Origin: the human T2T-CHM13v2.0 reference genome, Homo sapiens
Assembly (NCBI RefSeq): GCF_009914755.1
Contig: NC_060929.1
Strand: one strand, 5' to 3'
Length of the DNA: 64,000 nucleotides
The notes below the pieces were generated by a model, which was given only the letters and a program-made list of their open reading frames with translations, searched no databases and was not told the DNA's origin. Made by a program: the position numbers and the translations under genes. Within the stretch, counting starts at the first letter, position 1; each line of letters starts with the position of its first letter. Positions 19,997 to 33,418 of the stretch are shown here, in pieces.

Positions 19997-21654
19997 GTGT
20001 ATTTTATTTCCAGGCTCTCTTAAAGCCTTTCCCTTCTTGGTTCTCCCTTGTGTCCACGGTGAATGTCTGGAGTAAACCCAAGCTCTGTTCTCAGAGTCCA
20101 GCTCCTTCATTAGAGTTCTTCTTTAGGAAGGTGCCACCCTTTTCTAGAGAAAGCAGACCTTGCACTGTCAGCTGGGGACATGTCATTGCTGCCAGCTGTG
20201 CCTTTTATTTCTTATTTTTGAGGGGTGTGAAGAGGAGGAGCCTAACTTCACATATTCTAAAGGTACTTGTTTAATGGAAGATCATAACAATTGCCCTTGC
20301 CTACCCTCTGTTGTTTACATTTGCTGCTTCCGAGCTTGGAGACTCTCCGGGCCACTCTTGGTGAGAAGTGTGCTTATGCAAGGTATCTGTATCTGTGGTT
20401 TCCTCTACTCTCATTTCCCCACCAAGCTAATTCTGCTTGCTTAGTTTTTCTCTTCATGGAATTTTACAAATTCCATTATATAGGTGCTGAGGATGTCTGG
20501 TCTATTGATGGCATATTTTCCTGTTTTTATCATGCTCTTACGGTTTCATTCTTTAAACAGAAAACAATTTTCCTAGCAAAGACCTTGGAAGCGCAGGGAG
20601 GGGGACGTTGGTGATGAGTCTGTGTGAAGTCAGCCTTGCATTCCAAACTGGACCTGCCTTTCTCTTTTTCTTTTTCTTTTTTAAGAGAAAAGAAAATACT
20701 GCTTTGCTACCTAACACTGATGTAATATATTTGTAACCAATTTGGCATATTTCTAATAAAACTGATGAGAAAGGCAGAATTTTTATAACAATTGCTTTTT
20801 TTATGCTCTATTATTATTTTTCTCCCTTAAGTTCTCCCACAGCATATTCCTATCAAGACTCTTCTATCTTTTCTTCTTCTTTTCCCTTCCTGTCACTTGT
20901 AATTTCATAGCCTCCCTTTCTATTCTCTTTGGGTAATTTCTCAGAACGAGTGACTTAAAAACGTTGCTGACACGGTTCTTTTCTAACCCTAACAACACGC
21001 ACGATACAGGTGCTGAGGATGTTGAGATAATTGATCTAAAATTGTGATTTTAGAAGTGTCTTAAGACTTTTAGTTCCAAGCAACACAAACCAAGTAAGCT
21101 AAACCTCAAACCAGTTTAGGTTAAAAGAAAGAATTTATTAGCAGGACACTGCAGTATCTCCCTGAACCCCAGCCTAAAATTGTGTTCCAGCGTCATGAGG
21201 GCCTGGCACCAGGAACTAGAAAGCTACAGGAGCCCAGGTAGCCATTAACTTTCTGTCTCAGACTTTCTGTCTCTCCTGTCTTTGCTTTTCTGAACATCCG
21301 CTTATTCTTTTCTCTCCCGTCGGACTCACTTTGACTGTTTTGGCTCGGATGTGGCCAAATATGGCTGCCCAAAAATGGCAACTAGAATTTCCAAGTTAAT
21401 ATTATTGCAGTTCAAGCAAATAAAGCGAGGTAGAATCCCAGATTCCAAGGGGAAAGAATCCATTTGGTTTAGCTTGCACCAGTTATCTCTTTTTAGGCTG
21501 GTTTAATGTGGTCATGAGGGCAGCTTTTGTGGTATAAACATGGCTTGCCATGGCCCAAGTTCCCAAAGAGGAGGTAAGTGTGTGGAAGATTGGGCAGGTA
21601 TCTCAAAACACTTCCGCTGCAACATTCTTGTTTATGTCCAGCGTGCACTTTCTC

Positions 21655-21900
21655 ATGAGAGAGGCAGTTTAGCTGGTGTTTAAGAACATGGACTTCGGGT
21701 CAGACATACCTTAATTTGAATCCCAGCCCTGCTACCTACTAGCTGTGTGATCTGAGGTCAGTACTTCGCCTCTGTGAAGATCAAATTCCTTCTCTGGGCA
21801 ATTGGGATCACATATCTCCTGGGGTTGCTGGGATTATGAGATGAAATAATGTATACTATATCCTATGCACTCAATAAATAGTAACTATCATGAATTATTA
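21655..21900. mobile_element. MIR
   Basis: tttgaatcccagccctgctacctactagctgtgtga...gcactcaataaatagtaactat. Confidence 0.65.
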
Positions 21901-22693
21901 CTGTCATACCATTGGGGAAAGATGATATGCATGGAAGAATATCCATTTCATCATCCTGAATGATGCAAGAAGATCTGGAGGCAAAATTTTAGATACCACA
22001 GAATTATATCATCAGTAAAAATCTGAGAGTAAGTTTTGTTTTACCATACTTGACCAAAGACATAGATACAGGCTAGGCTGCAGGAGTTAGAGCCCAAATA
22101 ATCTAAACTTAATTCTAGAATATAATTTCTATTTCTGTTGGCTTTAGAAATAGAGTAGTCAATGATTTTGCAGTCTTAAAGAGAGCCCAACAGAGTTGGT
22201 AGTCACTAATACAGACATAATAGATTTTTTCCAGTTAGTGCCTGTTGTAATGGTCTCTGCATTCATTCTGTTTGGGAGCAGGTTTATTTTGATTGGCTAA
22301 TATCTTACTCGGTGAAATATTTTGAATAGCATCCCTGGAAACCATATGCCAGAATTCAAAAGACCTCAGTTTTTTTGTTAAAGAAGACACACTACTTTCT
22401 TTTTAAAACTATTACAATTTCTTTTGTACTTTTCCCACTTCTATGGTAAGATTTTTTGGGTAGCAAGTATCATTAAGTGAATTCTTAGTAAAGGATATGT
22501 AAAATGATTATTTAAATTCTTCATCGTCGAAGGATACCAAATGTAAGCTGAAAGTTAACATTTATGTCAAGTAGAGATAGCTGAACAAACAATGCTCATA
22601 ACTTCTTTTTCAAATGTAGCATATTATATTCTATATGGAACTCTATATAGTAGAACAATATCTCAATGACTAACTGTGTAATTTTCTCTCAAG

Positions 22694-22841
22694 TTATGCA
22701 GACATTTTGATTGAGAGGGAAGTATTAATGCAGAAGTACATTCATCTAGTTCAGATCGTAGAGACAGAAAAAATTGCAGCTAACCAACTCCGACATCAAC
22801 TTGAAGATCAAGACACAGAAATCGAAAGGCTTAAATCAGAG
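22694..22841 (+). CDS. RASGRF2: RASGRF2 coding exon (probably exon 3), coiled-coil region
   Basis: ctctcaag|TTATGCA...TCAGAG|gtattt; 148 nt; translates (S)[49 protein letters not shown], recognised as RasGRF2. Confidence 0.95.
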
Positions 22842-25151
22842 GTATTTCCCAGTCAATAGATTCCTTCTCATTGTTTCACGTTTACCGTCATTTCCTCATG
22901 ATTACTTAAGGCCTATTCAGGGCAACATTTTAATCCCAGGCTGACTTCCTCTGACATCAACACATACGTGGCTGGGCCTGACCTAGACATGAATCTAATG
23001 TCTATATTAGGATTAAGTAAATGTGCTACAGGAACATATCAGGATAATGTGCTTTTTTTTTTTTTTGGTGGGGGGTGGTTATTTGTTCTCCTGATACCCT
23101 TCATTAGCTCAGAAATTCAAGAATTGATTATAGCATTTAACTGTTTTCAGATACCCTACAGTAATGATAATTATGAGTCTGCCATAGATTCAATTAAAGT
23201 CTAAAATGACAACTAAGGGAGAACCAGCAATGAATTCAGAAATACTTTACTCTTTTAGATTTGAAGGAGTCCAACCTTCTCCCCTCCACAGTTTTGAAAA
23301 GGACATTTGGATTAAACTATAAGACATTTGCTAGGGTGCATTTTTCCCTGGAGTTGGAATTCCTGCCTCCCCCTCCCTCCCTCAGAGTGTGAACTTCTCA
23401 GGCCTTGCATCCCCAGATAGTGAGGCTGATGCCCAGTGTGAGCAGAAGGCGGTTTTAGAGTCCACAGCCATGGTGTGTGCCTGAGTCCTCCCTCCCTCCC
23501 AGGCCTCAGTCTAGATAGAGAATCCTGAATGTACCTTTCCCGCTGTCCTATCCTTCCTCATGGGCAGTAAGCAATCACTGAAGAATGGGAGAGGAATGCA
23601 GAGAATGAAATTTCCTCCCTCTTTCTGCCCAGGGATGCATTAGTATCTTCTGAGATTCAAAGAAGGGAATAGGACACAATGAAACCTACTAGTAATTGTA
23701 TCCTCATTGACAGAAACAGTTTAGGCTCGTCAGTTTTGGCAATGTTCTTGTCATTTTTATTGTCATCAGACAACATTTTCCTTTTTGTGTCTTGCACCTT
23801 CCTCTGAGACATACCCTGTGAATCCTAGGTGGGGTTTTCGCCTTCTGCTCCCTACACACATCACCTCCGGTGTTGAGAGTATGGGTACAAGCGTCCTCCA
23901 ACAGAGATGTGGCAGCTTCTCTGATGATGACAACTTGCAGATGGTGTTCACCATATTATTACAGTTGTTAACTTCCCAATTCGACCCTGATATGTGATAT
24001 AGTGAAAACAGCAACAGAAAACTTAACAAACCTGCATTTTAAAAGACTATATCAGGCACTGTTATTTAAAACAAAATTATTGTGTTCTTTCTTAGCCACT
24101 GTAAGCTGGAGCAGATGCTTGTCTGCTCAGTGAAAGAGGTTGGTATTTACTCCACGAGAGAAGCTCAACACCAGGCGATGTTCCTCAATATTTGTGTGTG
24201 TTTATCTGCCTTCACTATGTTCTATTTTAGTCTGAATGTAGATTGCAGCAAAAAACTGTCAGTTGCAGGTATGTCTTCTCTGGTCTCTTGACAGGAGCCA
24301 TAATTTATTTCCTACTCCCTTTCTTTTCCCACCTCCTTGCCAGAAAATGGCAGAGGGGTGTATTTGGTACTGGGGACAAAATAGAAAGACAGGCTAGAGA
24401 GGGGCAATTATGATCCCTTAACTTTTAAGGTATTGCTGGCTAGTAGGTCTGTATAGGTTCTTAAGCTTGTAAGAGCCTGCTGTTGAGTGCCGGTCTAGAG
24501 AATTTTACTGCTATGTGTAGTTGAGAGGCCACCCAGTCTTGAAATGCCCCTCACAGGTCACAGAACTGAGCTGGAGATATAAAGAGATCCCAGGTTAGTT
24601 TGATCCTTTTTACCTTTTCTGAGGAATTCTCTTGGTTGGCTCGGACCAGCCCCAAGGCTCTGAAGTTCCCGTTACAGTTGCCATTTTCCTAAGGATGTCT
24701 GTGAGTCTGGGGTGCCATGTGGTTTGGAAGACTACAGGCCAATGGCCAGAACCAGGGGCTCTGAGCTGAGTGTCACTGCATGTGGGGACCACAGGACATT
24801 GCAGGCAGCCACCTTCAGGCGAGGGGATGGACATATCACTGGACTCCTGACAAGGTCTTGGCGGGCTCACCACTGGCAGCTGGGGCTGAGTTTTGGGCCA
24901 ACATTTCTGCTAGCCCAGATCCCCGGTCACACTTCACACAGTCACTTCTTATAAACACTTTCATTGGTGATACCATGCTTGGGGTAAAGTTCATGTTTCC
25001 CCCATCTCAGCACCAAAGGAAGAGAGTGTGCATAAAAAGTGGGTGTTTCCTGAGGATCTCATTGGACCACCTTTGTAGGCAGAGCTTCCTGTGTGTATGG
25101 CTATAATCCAGCATTTCCCAAATCATGAAATGGACCAACTTTGTGTTCCAG

Positions 25152-25241
25152 ATTATTGCTCTTAATAAAACCAAAGAACGAATGCGACCTTACCAAAGCA
25201 ACCAAGAAGACGAAGATCCAGACATCAAGAAGATTAAAAAG
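25152..25241 (+). CDS. RASGRF2: RASGRF2 coding exon (probably exon 4)
   Basis: gttccag|ATTATT...AAAAAG|gtaggg; 90 nt; [30 protein letters not shown]; phase 0/0. Confidence 0.95.
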
Positions 25242-27389
25242 GTAGGGCCTGGAGGTTTCCAGCTTTGTAGGAGCATGGTGACCAGTCGTCTGTTCTATGG
25301 TGGTGTCTTTGCCACCCTGTGCGTGAGCCGGGAGCAGCCTTGGTGTTTCTGGGCTATGGCTCCCAGACTTGCCCTGCAGAGTGATCCAGACATGGCTACT
25401 CTAGAGAATTTCTGCTTGAGATTTCTTTACACTGTCTAGGAAGGATGCCAAAACCAGGCATTAAGACAATAGTGTTCTCCAGTGGGGTTAATTAAGTGCT
25501 GTTCAACCTCTTGATTTTGTGCGGCTTTCATATTTTGGGGGAATATTTTTTAAATTACATTTCAAAAATATTTCTTTTAGCTTTAATCTTTAGTGTTATT
25601 TAAGAAAGATTTTTTGGGGGGCATGTGTGAAGATTGAGTAAATCAGCACATCCGCTTATATTTCTGTTTTATTATTGCTTCTTGTTTAACATCCACACAA
25701 TCAGCAGATTTTTCCCTCTTACTGCCATTTATAATTGCACAACTTTTGCAATGAACCAAATGCTGGCTCTCGCTCTCACTCTAGTCCACTGTGTTTTGAT
25801 TTGTCATTTAGGTTTTGATCCTATGATCTTGATTGTCTTATATAAAGCACTACTCAGCTTTGTTAATAATAAGTGGAAAGCATCATATTTGAGGAAATTT
25901 CCCTGGATATACATCTTCAAATCTTATTTCTTTTTAATTTGTTATTATTCCTCTTATTTTATGCTAATAATCTTTCCCCTTTCACTGTAACAAAACTTTA
26001 ATGTGCTCAGCATTTACCTGGACACTTTAAAGATGATCAGCAAATGTTTGTTGATTGGCTAAAACACACAGGCCAGTGCACTTTCTCAGGCTTGCCTATT
26101 ATTTTTCACATCATCCCTATGGAATTCAGATCAATTTTAGAGACTATCATGTTTTCTACAAAATTGATTTTAAATTATATTTTATATTCTTTTTTACAAC
26201 TTTAAATATTGCTCAGAATTTGAAATAGAAATGATTCTTAGGACTAGTCAAATGTTTTCAGTTTTCCAGAAATAAAAAAGTAAAATAACACTATTCATTT
26301 CTTAGAAATTAATTTTTTTTTGAATCAAGCTTATGCTATTGTGTTATAAGATTAATTAGTTTTTTTAAAAAAAATCCCATCTAGTCAGTCTGGAGACAAG
26401 ATTAATTCTATTGCCTTTCCTTTAATAGTATGTAGTTGCATGTAAAGAAAAAATTAATAAAATTCAATTTTCAGGTGTGTGGTAGAAACTAGTCTATTAC
26501 TAAATAAGTGAAGCATCTATTGGTCGGCAAGCACCCCCTGCCCAAGTAAATAGAAAGGTTTTACTTAACACAAAATCCAATTAAGTTGATTTTTAAAAAT
26601 ATTTCTGTTAAATGAAAGAATACTGATAAAATTTTAAAAATATTTTTCTACCTTCTTGTTTCTTAATAATTTTTTAAACCAATTTTTGTACTTGTTAAAT
26701 AGGTTTTGAGATTAATTTTTTGTTCTTTATGTCCCATTTCAAAATAATGTCTGCATGGAAAAAAGTGTTAACAATGAATGAATCGTTTCTCTATTTTGGT
26801 CTTGGCAAATATCAACCTAATTTTTGTTTACCTTGATAGACTAAAACTTAAAATTGGTTATAATTCATGGAAATTTTTGTTAGATTTCTTCAAATAATCT
26901 GAATATAATTTCCCCACATGATTGTGTTAAAATGTGGTTAATTTTTATTGAGGTAGAGTGAGTTTAATGCCTGTATAAAAACTGATAACATGGTGACGAC
27001 ACTGGTAGGCAAGCAAGAGAATTTTAGACATTGCAAAAGAAGGGTCGTTGTTTAATACGTGATCATTTAGAACATAGTGTGGAAAAAATAAAAAGTGTAA
27101 GGATGTGTTAAATAGATAATAATGATACTTTGGTAGTGATTTAATACTTTCAATTATATGTGAATTTACAACCTACTTTGTTGCTGAATCTGCCACATCT
27201 AAAGTGAGAAACCCTAGTTATCATAAAACAAATCCTAGTTAATTATGTTATAATTTTTTATATTTAGAAAGGACTTTAGATTTTTTTGTTAATCATTTTA
27301 TTTTAATTTCATGAAAAATGAAAGCAGTCTGGTAACACGAGATTAAAAACAGAGAAAAAAACAAAACAAACAAAAAAAACAGAGAAACA

Positions 27390-27500
27390 CGAGATGGGGT
27401 CTTGCTGCGTTGCCCAGGATAGACTGGAACTCTTGGGCTCAAGTGATCCTCTCACCTTAGCCTCCCAAATAACTGGGACTACAGGCCTGTGCATGTCCAG
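27390..27500 (-). mobile_element. FLAM / Alu monomer
   Basis: gagatggggtcttgctgcgttgcccagg...gggctcaagtgatcct...gggactacaggc. Confidence 0.75.
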
Positions 27501-27858
27501 CTCTGTCGGTTATTTTATAGATGAAGAAACAGAGAATCAGAGGTCAAGGTGGTTGCAAGTAATGGCAGAGCCTCTGAGTTAAAGGTTTTAATATATACTT
27601 GACCGCTCAGTACCCAGCATTTACCTGGGCATTTTAAAGATGATCAGTAAATGTTTGTTGATTGGCTGAAACACACAGGCCAGTGCACTTTCTCAGGCTT
27701 GCCTGTTATTTTTCACATCATCCCTAGGGAATCCTTATCAATTTTAGAGGTTATCATGTTTTCTGCAAAATTGATTTTTAATTATATTTCATGTTCTTTT
27801 CCATAAATAAATCACCATTGTAACTAGTCAGATTCCTTTCTGATTTTTTGTTCTGTAG

Positions 27859-28112
27859 GTTCAGAGCTTCATGCGAGGATGGTTGTGCAGAAGGAAATGG
27901 AAGACCATCGTGCAGGATTACATTTGTTCTCCTCATGCTGAAAGTATGAGGAAGAGAAACCAGATTGTGTTCACCATGGTGGAGGCAGAGTCAGAGTACG
28001 TTCACCAGCTCTACATCCTGGTCAATGGCTTTCTCCGGCCCCTGCGTATGGCCGCCAGCTCCAAGAAGCCCCCCATCAGCCACGACGACGTCAGCAGTAT
28101 TTTTCTTAACAG
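27859..28112 (+). CDS. RASGRF2: RASGRF2 coding exon (probably exon 5), IQ motif and start of DH domain
   Basis: ttctgtag|GTTCAG...TTAACAG|gtttga; 254 nt; [14 protein letters not shown] (IQ motif) ... [10 protein letters not shown] ... SSIFLN(S). Confidence 0.96.
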
Positions 28113-28218
28113 GTTTGACATTGCATAAATCAAAGAGTTATGAGAAAAACCCCTTTGTATTTCCAACAAGAATTTTTACTTAATCTTTAAAAGGGTCTCA
28201 TAAATTCATCTCTATTAG

Positions 28219-28576
<358 letters not shown>

Positions 28577-29880
28577 TGCATTGTTATTTTTACATCTTTA
28601 CTTGAATCTTGGCATCTAATGTTCTTAATTTTTTCTTCTCTATTTGACCTACATTGTCTTATCGCATGGAGATGTGTGTTGGGGAATATAATCACTCATA
28701 AACTGAAGAAAATGGAGTGATTATGGGTTTTTACATGTTAATTATACACAAGTATTTTAGGAAGAGCAAAAGCTAAGACAGGACCTGAGAAGCTCTGGTG
28801 AATTTATTTGCTCAATAAATCATTAGTTTCCTTACTGCTGAGGATTCATCAGTGAAAAATCAGAAAATGCCTGCCTTTATGGAACTTAAATTTTGATGCA
28901 GGAAGATAGACAATGAACAGCATTAGTGAAATAGATAGTATATTATATGGCCATCAGAGCTGTGGAGAAAAATAAAGAAGGGAATGGGAGAAGGGGGTCA
29001 AGGGAGGGTTTAGTGTTTTACTTAGAATTTTAGCTATTTGTTTTTGAGTAGATAGTACACTCACATGGTTCAAAAGTCAAAATAACATGAAAACAGCAGT
29101 TAGCAGTTGCACTGTCACCCTGTCTCTGTCCACCCGATTCCCCCCACTTTCTATACGTAATATCTGTACTAGTTTCTTATCTATCCTTTCAGTGTTTCTC
29201 AATTTTGATCTAAGAAACTATGAATATAGAGTCTTATTTTCCCTCTTCTTACACAAAGGCAATGTACTTTAACATGTACTTCATTGTTTCACTTAACATT
29301 ATTTTCTGAAGATCTTTCCATATTGATACCTAAAGAGCATTCTATTAAAAAAAATCACGACATGGTATTACAATCTGTGAAGGTACCATAGTTTTTTTAT
29401 AGCAGGTTTTCAGAAAAGTTTCAAGGATACGGTGACATTCGAGCAAAGGCTTGAAGTTCCTGGAGGAAGAGTGAGGCAAGCAGAGGGAGCTGTGCGTGCA
29501 GGGGACATGGGGCTTTCACGTGCCCGGCAGTCCAGCTTGAGGACCTGCCCTGCTCAGTGTCAGTGAAGGGAAGAGTCAGGGAGTTATCAAGGTGGGACAT
29601 GGTACAGCCATTAACTTTTGCTCTAAATGAGATGGGGAGACATTGGTCAGGTTTTGAGCAGAGAAGGGGTGTGATGTGACTTCTGTTTTGAAATGCTCTC
29701 TCTGGCTTCTCTGCTGAGAATAGTCTGTAGGGAGATCAATTAGGTGGCTATTCAACAAACAGAGTGAGAGATGAGACACCTGTTAGGTAGCTATTTCAGT
29801 AATCCAAGTAAGAGATGATTATAATGGAGGCAGTATAAGTAGTTGGATTCTGGGTGTATTTTTAAGTCAGAGCCAGTAGG

Positions 29881-30208
29881 TGTCACGGATGCAACTAGCT
29901 GGGGCCAGTGTCACGGAATTTACCAAAACAGTTGTGGATAAAGCAAGGCAGATTTGTTAGAGAATGTGTGAAAACATGTTGCAAGGGTGCAATGGGCAGC
30001 ACAGCAGAGAAGGGGCTGTCTGCAGAGAGGCAGGGGCTGGAGGGAAGTTTTATACGGTCGTGCAAGAGCGGGCTAGGTGTGGAACGGTCATTCCTTGTGC
30101 CAGCGGGTTGTGTTTCTCAGAACAATTGTTCATTCTTCTCCCCTACCTGGAGCCTTCCCCCGTCGGAGGCCCCTTCCTTGTTGCTTACTTATCCATCAGG
30201 ACTCAACA
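29881..30208. mobile_element. Solo ERV-type LTR (family not assigned) inserted in L2
   Basis: TG...CA termini (tgtcacgg...ctcaaca), degenerate flanking 5-mers gtagg/gttgg; L2 text gagccagtagg|...|gatttgttgatgg rejoins across it. Confidence 0.7.
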
Positions 30209-31054
30209 GTTGGGATTTGTTGATGGGTTTGATGTGGGTTTTAAGAGAAAGCAAAAAGGTAAGATTGCAACGTTTTTTGGTCTGGACAACTAGAAGGATG
30301 GAATTACTGTTTACTAAATGGTAAAGATTGAGTGAAGAACAGGCTGAGGGGAAAAGATGACTTTTCTCTTGGATCTGTTGAGCGTGAGATGCTATTAGCC
30401 ATCTAAGTGGAGATGTCAAGTGACTAGGGATCAGATATTTGTTTGGAGTTCAGAGGAAGATTCTGGGCCGAAGATAGAAATTTGGGAGTCCTCTAGCATA
30501 CAGATAGTATTTAAAGCTGCTAGTCTGAATGGTATTACCAAGCAAGTGAGTACAGATGGATAAGAAAAGAGGAGCATGGATATTCCAACATCTAGAGGTC
30601 AGGAAGATAAACAGGAGCCAGCAAAGAAGAGTGAAGAGGATCCTTTGAGTTGTCAATGAAAACCAGAAGAGTGAGTTGTCCTGGAAACGAAAGCAAGAGG
30701 GAACCAACAACGATGCCAAAAAAGTCAAATGAGCAATAACTTAGAATTGACCATGGGTTTAACAACTCGGAGTTTAATGGTAACTCTGATTAGAGACCAA
30801 AGCCTGATTGGAGGCTTAGGAGAGAACAGGTGGTGGGGCGGAGGGAAGAGGATTTCAAAAGGGTGGGTATAGAAAATTCTTTTGAGAAGGGCTGCTGTAA
30901 AGAGGAGAAGAGAAACAGGGTGGTACCTAGAGGCAAATGAAGAGGGTAAAAGAAGGATGGAGGAGAGAGGGAATTGCTGAGCAGTAAACTTGCAAAGGCG
31001 AAAGTGGACAGAATGTACTGCTCAGGTCAAGAGATTGTCATTAGCTGGGAGCAT

Positions 31055-31442
31055 GGCAGGGAAGGAATAGTACATGGACACTTCTGTAGTTAGGAGGCAA
31101 GGACATCCGCTGATGGGGCAGATGGGAGGGAAGTGTCGGAGTTGGAGAAGAGAGAAAGAGGTGTGGAATAGTGATAACTAGGGCAGGGAAGGATTAGTAC
31201 ATGGACACTTCCGTAGTTAGGAGGCAAGGACATCCGCTGATGGGGCAGATGGGAGGGAAGTGTCGGAGTTGGAGAAGAGAGAAAGAGGTGTGGAATAGTG
31301 ATAACTAGGGCAGGGAAGGATTAGTACATGGACACTTCAGTAGTTAGGAGGCAAGGACATCCACTGATGGGGCAGATGGGAGGGAAGTGTCGGAGCTGGA
31401 GAAGAGAGAAAGAGGTGTGGAATAGTGATAACTAGGGCAGGG
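31055..31442. repeat. Minisatellite, 127-bp unit x3
   Basis: unit starts ggcagggaagga at 31055, 31182 and 31309, with a 7-bp remainder at 31436. Confidence 0.97.
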
Positions 31443-32719
31443 GAGTAAATGGATTCAGGAATGTTGTATTAATGCTGGGAAGCACTGAGAGCTTGTGTTA
31501 GCTTATTAGGCTAGTGGTTGTGACTTTCCAGTGAGATCAGTCAGGATGGTTGCATGTTTTTCTTTAGCCACTTTCAGCTGCATGGATGCAGGTGCAGAGT
31601 GGGTGGAGGATTGGGATTAATTAGGATTGGTGTTGTGGCTGCTGTGGTGAAGTGAGAAAAGAATAAGGAAGTTGAAGCTGTATACAAGGAAGAGATTATA
31701 ATAATGAGCCATGGAATCTAAACTGAGGAAAGAAAGTAGTGCTGGTATGAGAGGTTTTTGCCAATAAAAAGGTGGTGGGATCTGGGGATTTAGGTCATGC
31801 TAGTGTGAAAGAATTTTGGAGTCAGGGTTCTAAAGGCAGTGAACTGAAAGATTAGGAGTAGTCAGAGAATGTTGTGCTTGAAATTGAGACAGGGAAGGGA
31901 TGCAGCTATTGACAATGACAAGGTCTAGAGTACAATCAAAGGGGTGTTGACCGAGGTCAATGGAGGACAAGATCTTTGGAGGAAGAGTTCAAGGTCCTGT
32001 GAGGCCAGGATATTGAAATGTTGTTTGTGTGCATATTGGAATCCCCAAGAATTATGACAAGAGTAGTGTTGGAGAAAAGAGCAACTGTGAGCTGAGAGCT
32101 CAGATCTCAAGGCATCAGGAAGAGCCACTGGCGTGTCTGTAGATGAGTGCAGAAAGGAAGGGTGATGAGTGGTAGTCTGATAATACGAGATTAAAAGCTA
32201 GGCTTTCTTTTGTTAAAAGGAAGGAGGGAGATTTCCCCACCTTGCTGGCAATGGCTCCTCTCAAGTGTGTGGGACATCCAAAGGAGCCTGGGGGTAGCCC
32301 TTGATCCTCAGGCAGTACAGCATTCTGGTGATACTTCAGTCACCAAGTGTGCAGTTTCAACAGGTCTGATGGCAGTGGATGGGATTGTGTACTGAACTCT
32401 GATAATGAGAGGAACTGGAGAGGGTGGGTATTGAAAACTCTTTTGAGGAGAGCTGCTATAAAGAGGAACAGAGAAACAGGGTGGTACCTAGAGGTAAATA
32501 AAGAGGCTGTGCCACATTCTTTTAGGTTGCCTCTGGCTCTTTGTTTCCACTGGATTGCTTGATCTGAATCAGGAAAGGCCAGGTTTATCATATTGTTTAA
32601 ATTCAGAGTCAAGATATGCCTCTCTTTGGAAGGTAAAGCTATAAGCTCTTCATATAGACTAGCAATTATTTACCACATCTAGACTTAGATGGAGATTTGA
32701 AAAGAAATTTTTAAAACTT

Positions 32720-33198
32720 TTTTATTTTTAATTTTTATGGATACATTTTATGGTTACATAATACATATACATAATATGGAATGGATATATAATAGCTGTA
32801 CATATTTATGAGGTATATGTTATAGTTTGATATAAGCATATGATGTAAAATGATCAAATGTGGGTAATTGAGATATCCGTCACCTCAAACATTTATCATT
32901 TCTTTTGTGTTGGGAACAGTCTAAATCTTCTAGATATTTTGAAATAAGTTATTGTTAACTATAGCTGCCCTATTGTGCTATCAAATAATAGAAGTTATTC
33001 CTTCTATCTAACTGTACTGTTGTACCCATTCACCAAACCCTCTCTTCATCCTCTCCTTCCCCACTACCCTTCCTAGCCTCTGGTAACCACCATTCTATTC
33101 ACTACCTCCATGAGATTAACTTTTTTAGCTTTCAAATATGAGTGAGAACATGTGATACTTGTCTTTCTGTACCTGGCTTATTTCACTTAACATAATGT
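32720..33198 (-). mobile_element. L1MA-like 3' end
   Basis: cacctcaaacatttatcatt...tatgagtgagaacatg...tttcacttaacataatg. Confidence 0.75.
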
Positions 33199-33418
33199 GA
33201 AGAGGTGTGTTTTTAAAGGTGAGGCTTAAAGAAGTTTTATATCATTACTGTTGTTTAACTAGATTCCCTTTACATGCCTTTGAAATTAAGCCCTAGGCAG
33301 CTCAATAATTTTGAATTTTAACACAGGTTTATAGTTAAGAAAATGCAATCTTCCTATTTATATACAGAATTGTTTCATCTGTTTTCTAACCATCCAGGTA
33401 TCAAAATATGAAGGTAGA

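Larger units (their letters stand above)
28800..32150. mobile_element. Long fragmented L2 remnant, interrupted by an LTR and a minisatellite
   Basis: purine-rich L2-type motifs (ggttttgagcagagaaggggtgtga, ccatctaagtggagatgtcaag, gatagtatttaaagc); boundaries approximate. Confidence 0.6.

Noticed and set aside
22842-22850. GTATTTCC donor as a U12-type intron
   Set aside because: Does not match GTATCCTT, and no TCCTTAAC branch site is visible before the 25152 acceptor
23704-24029. Overlapping short ORFs in apparently unique intron DNA
   Set aside because: No recognisable homology and no convincing paired splice sites
31055-31442. Regular repeats as a CRISPR-like array
   Set aside because: Head-to-tail near-identical units with no unique spacers, no cas genes, and a primate genome
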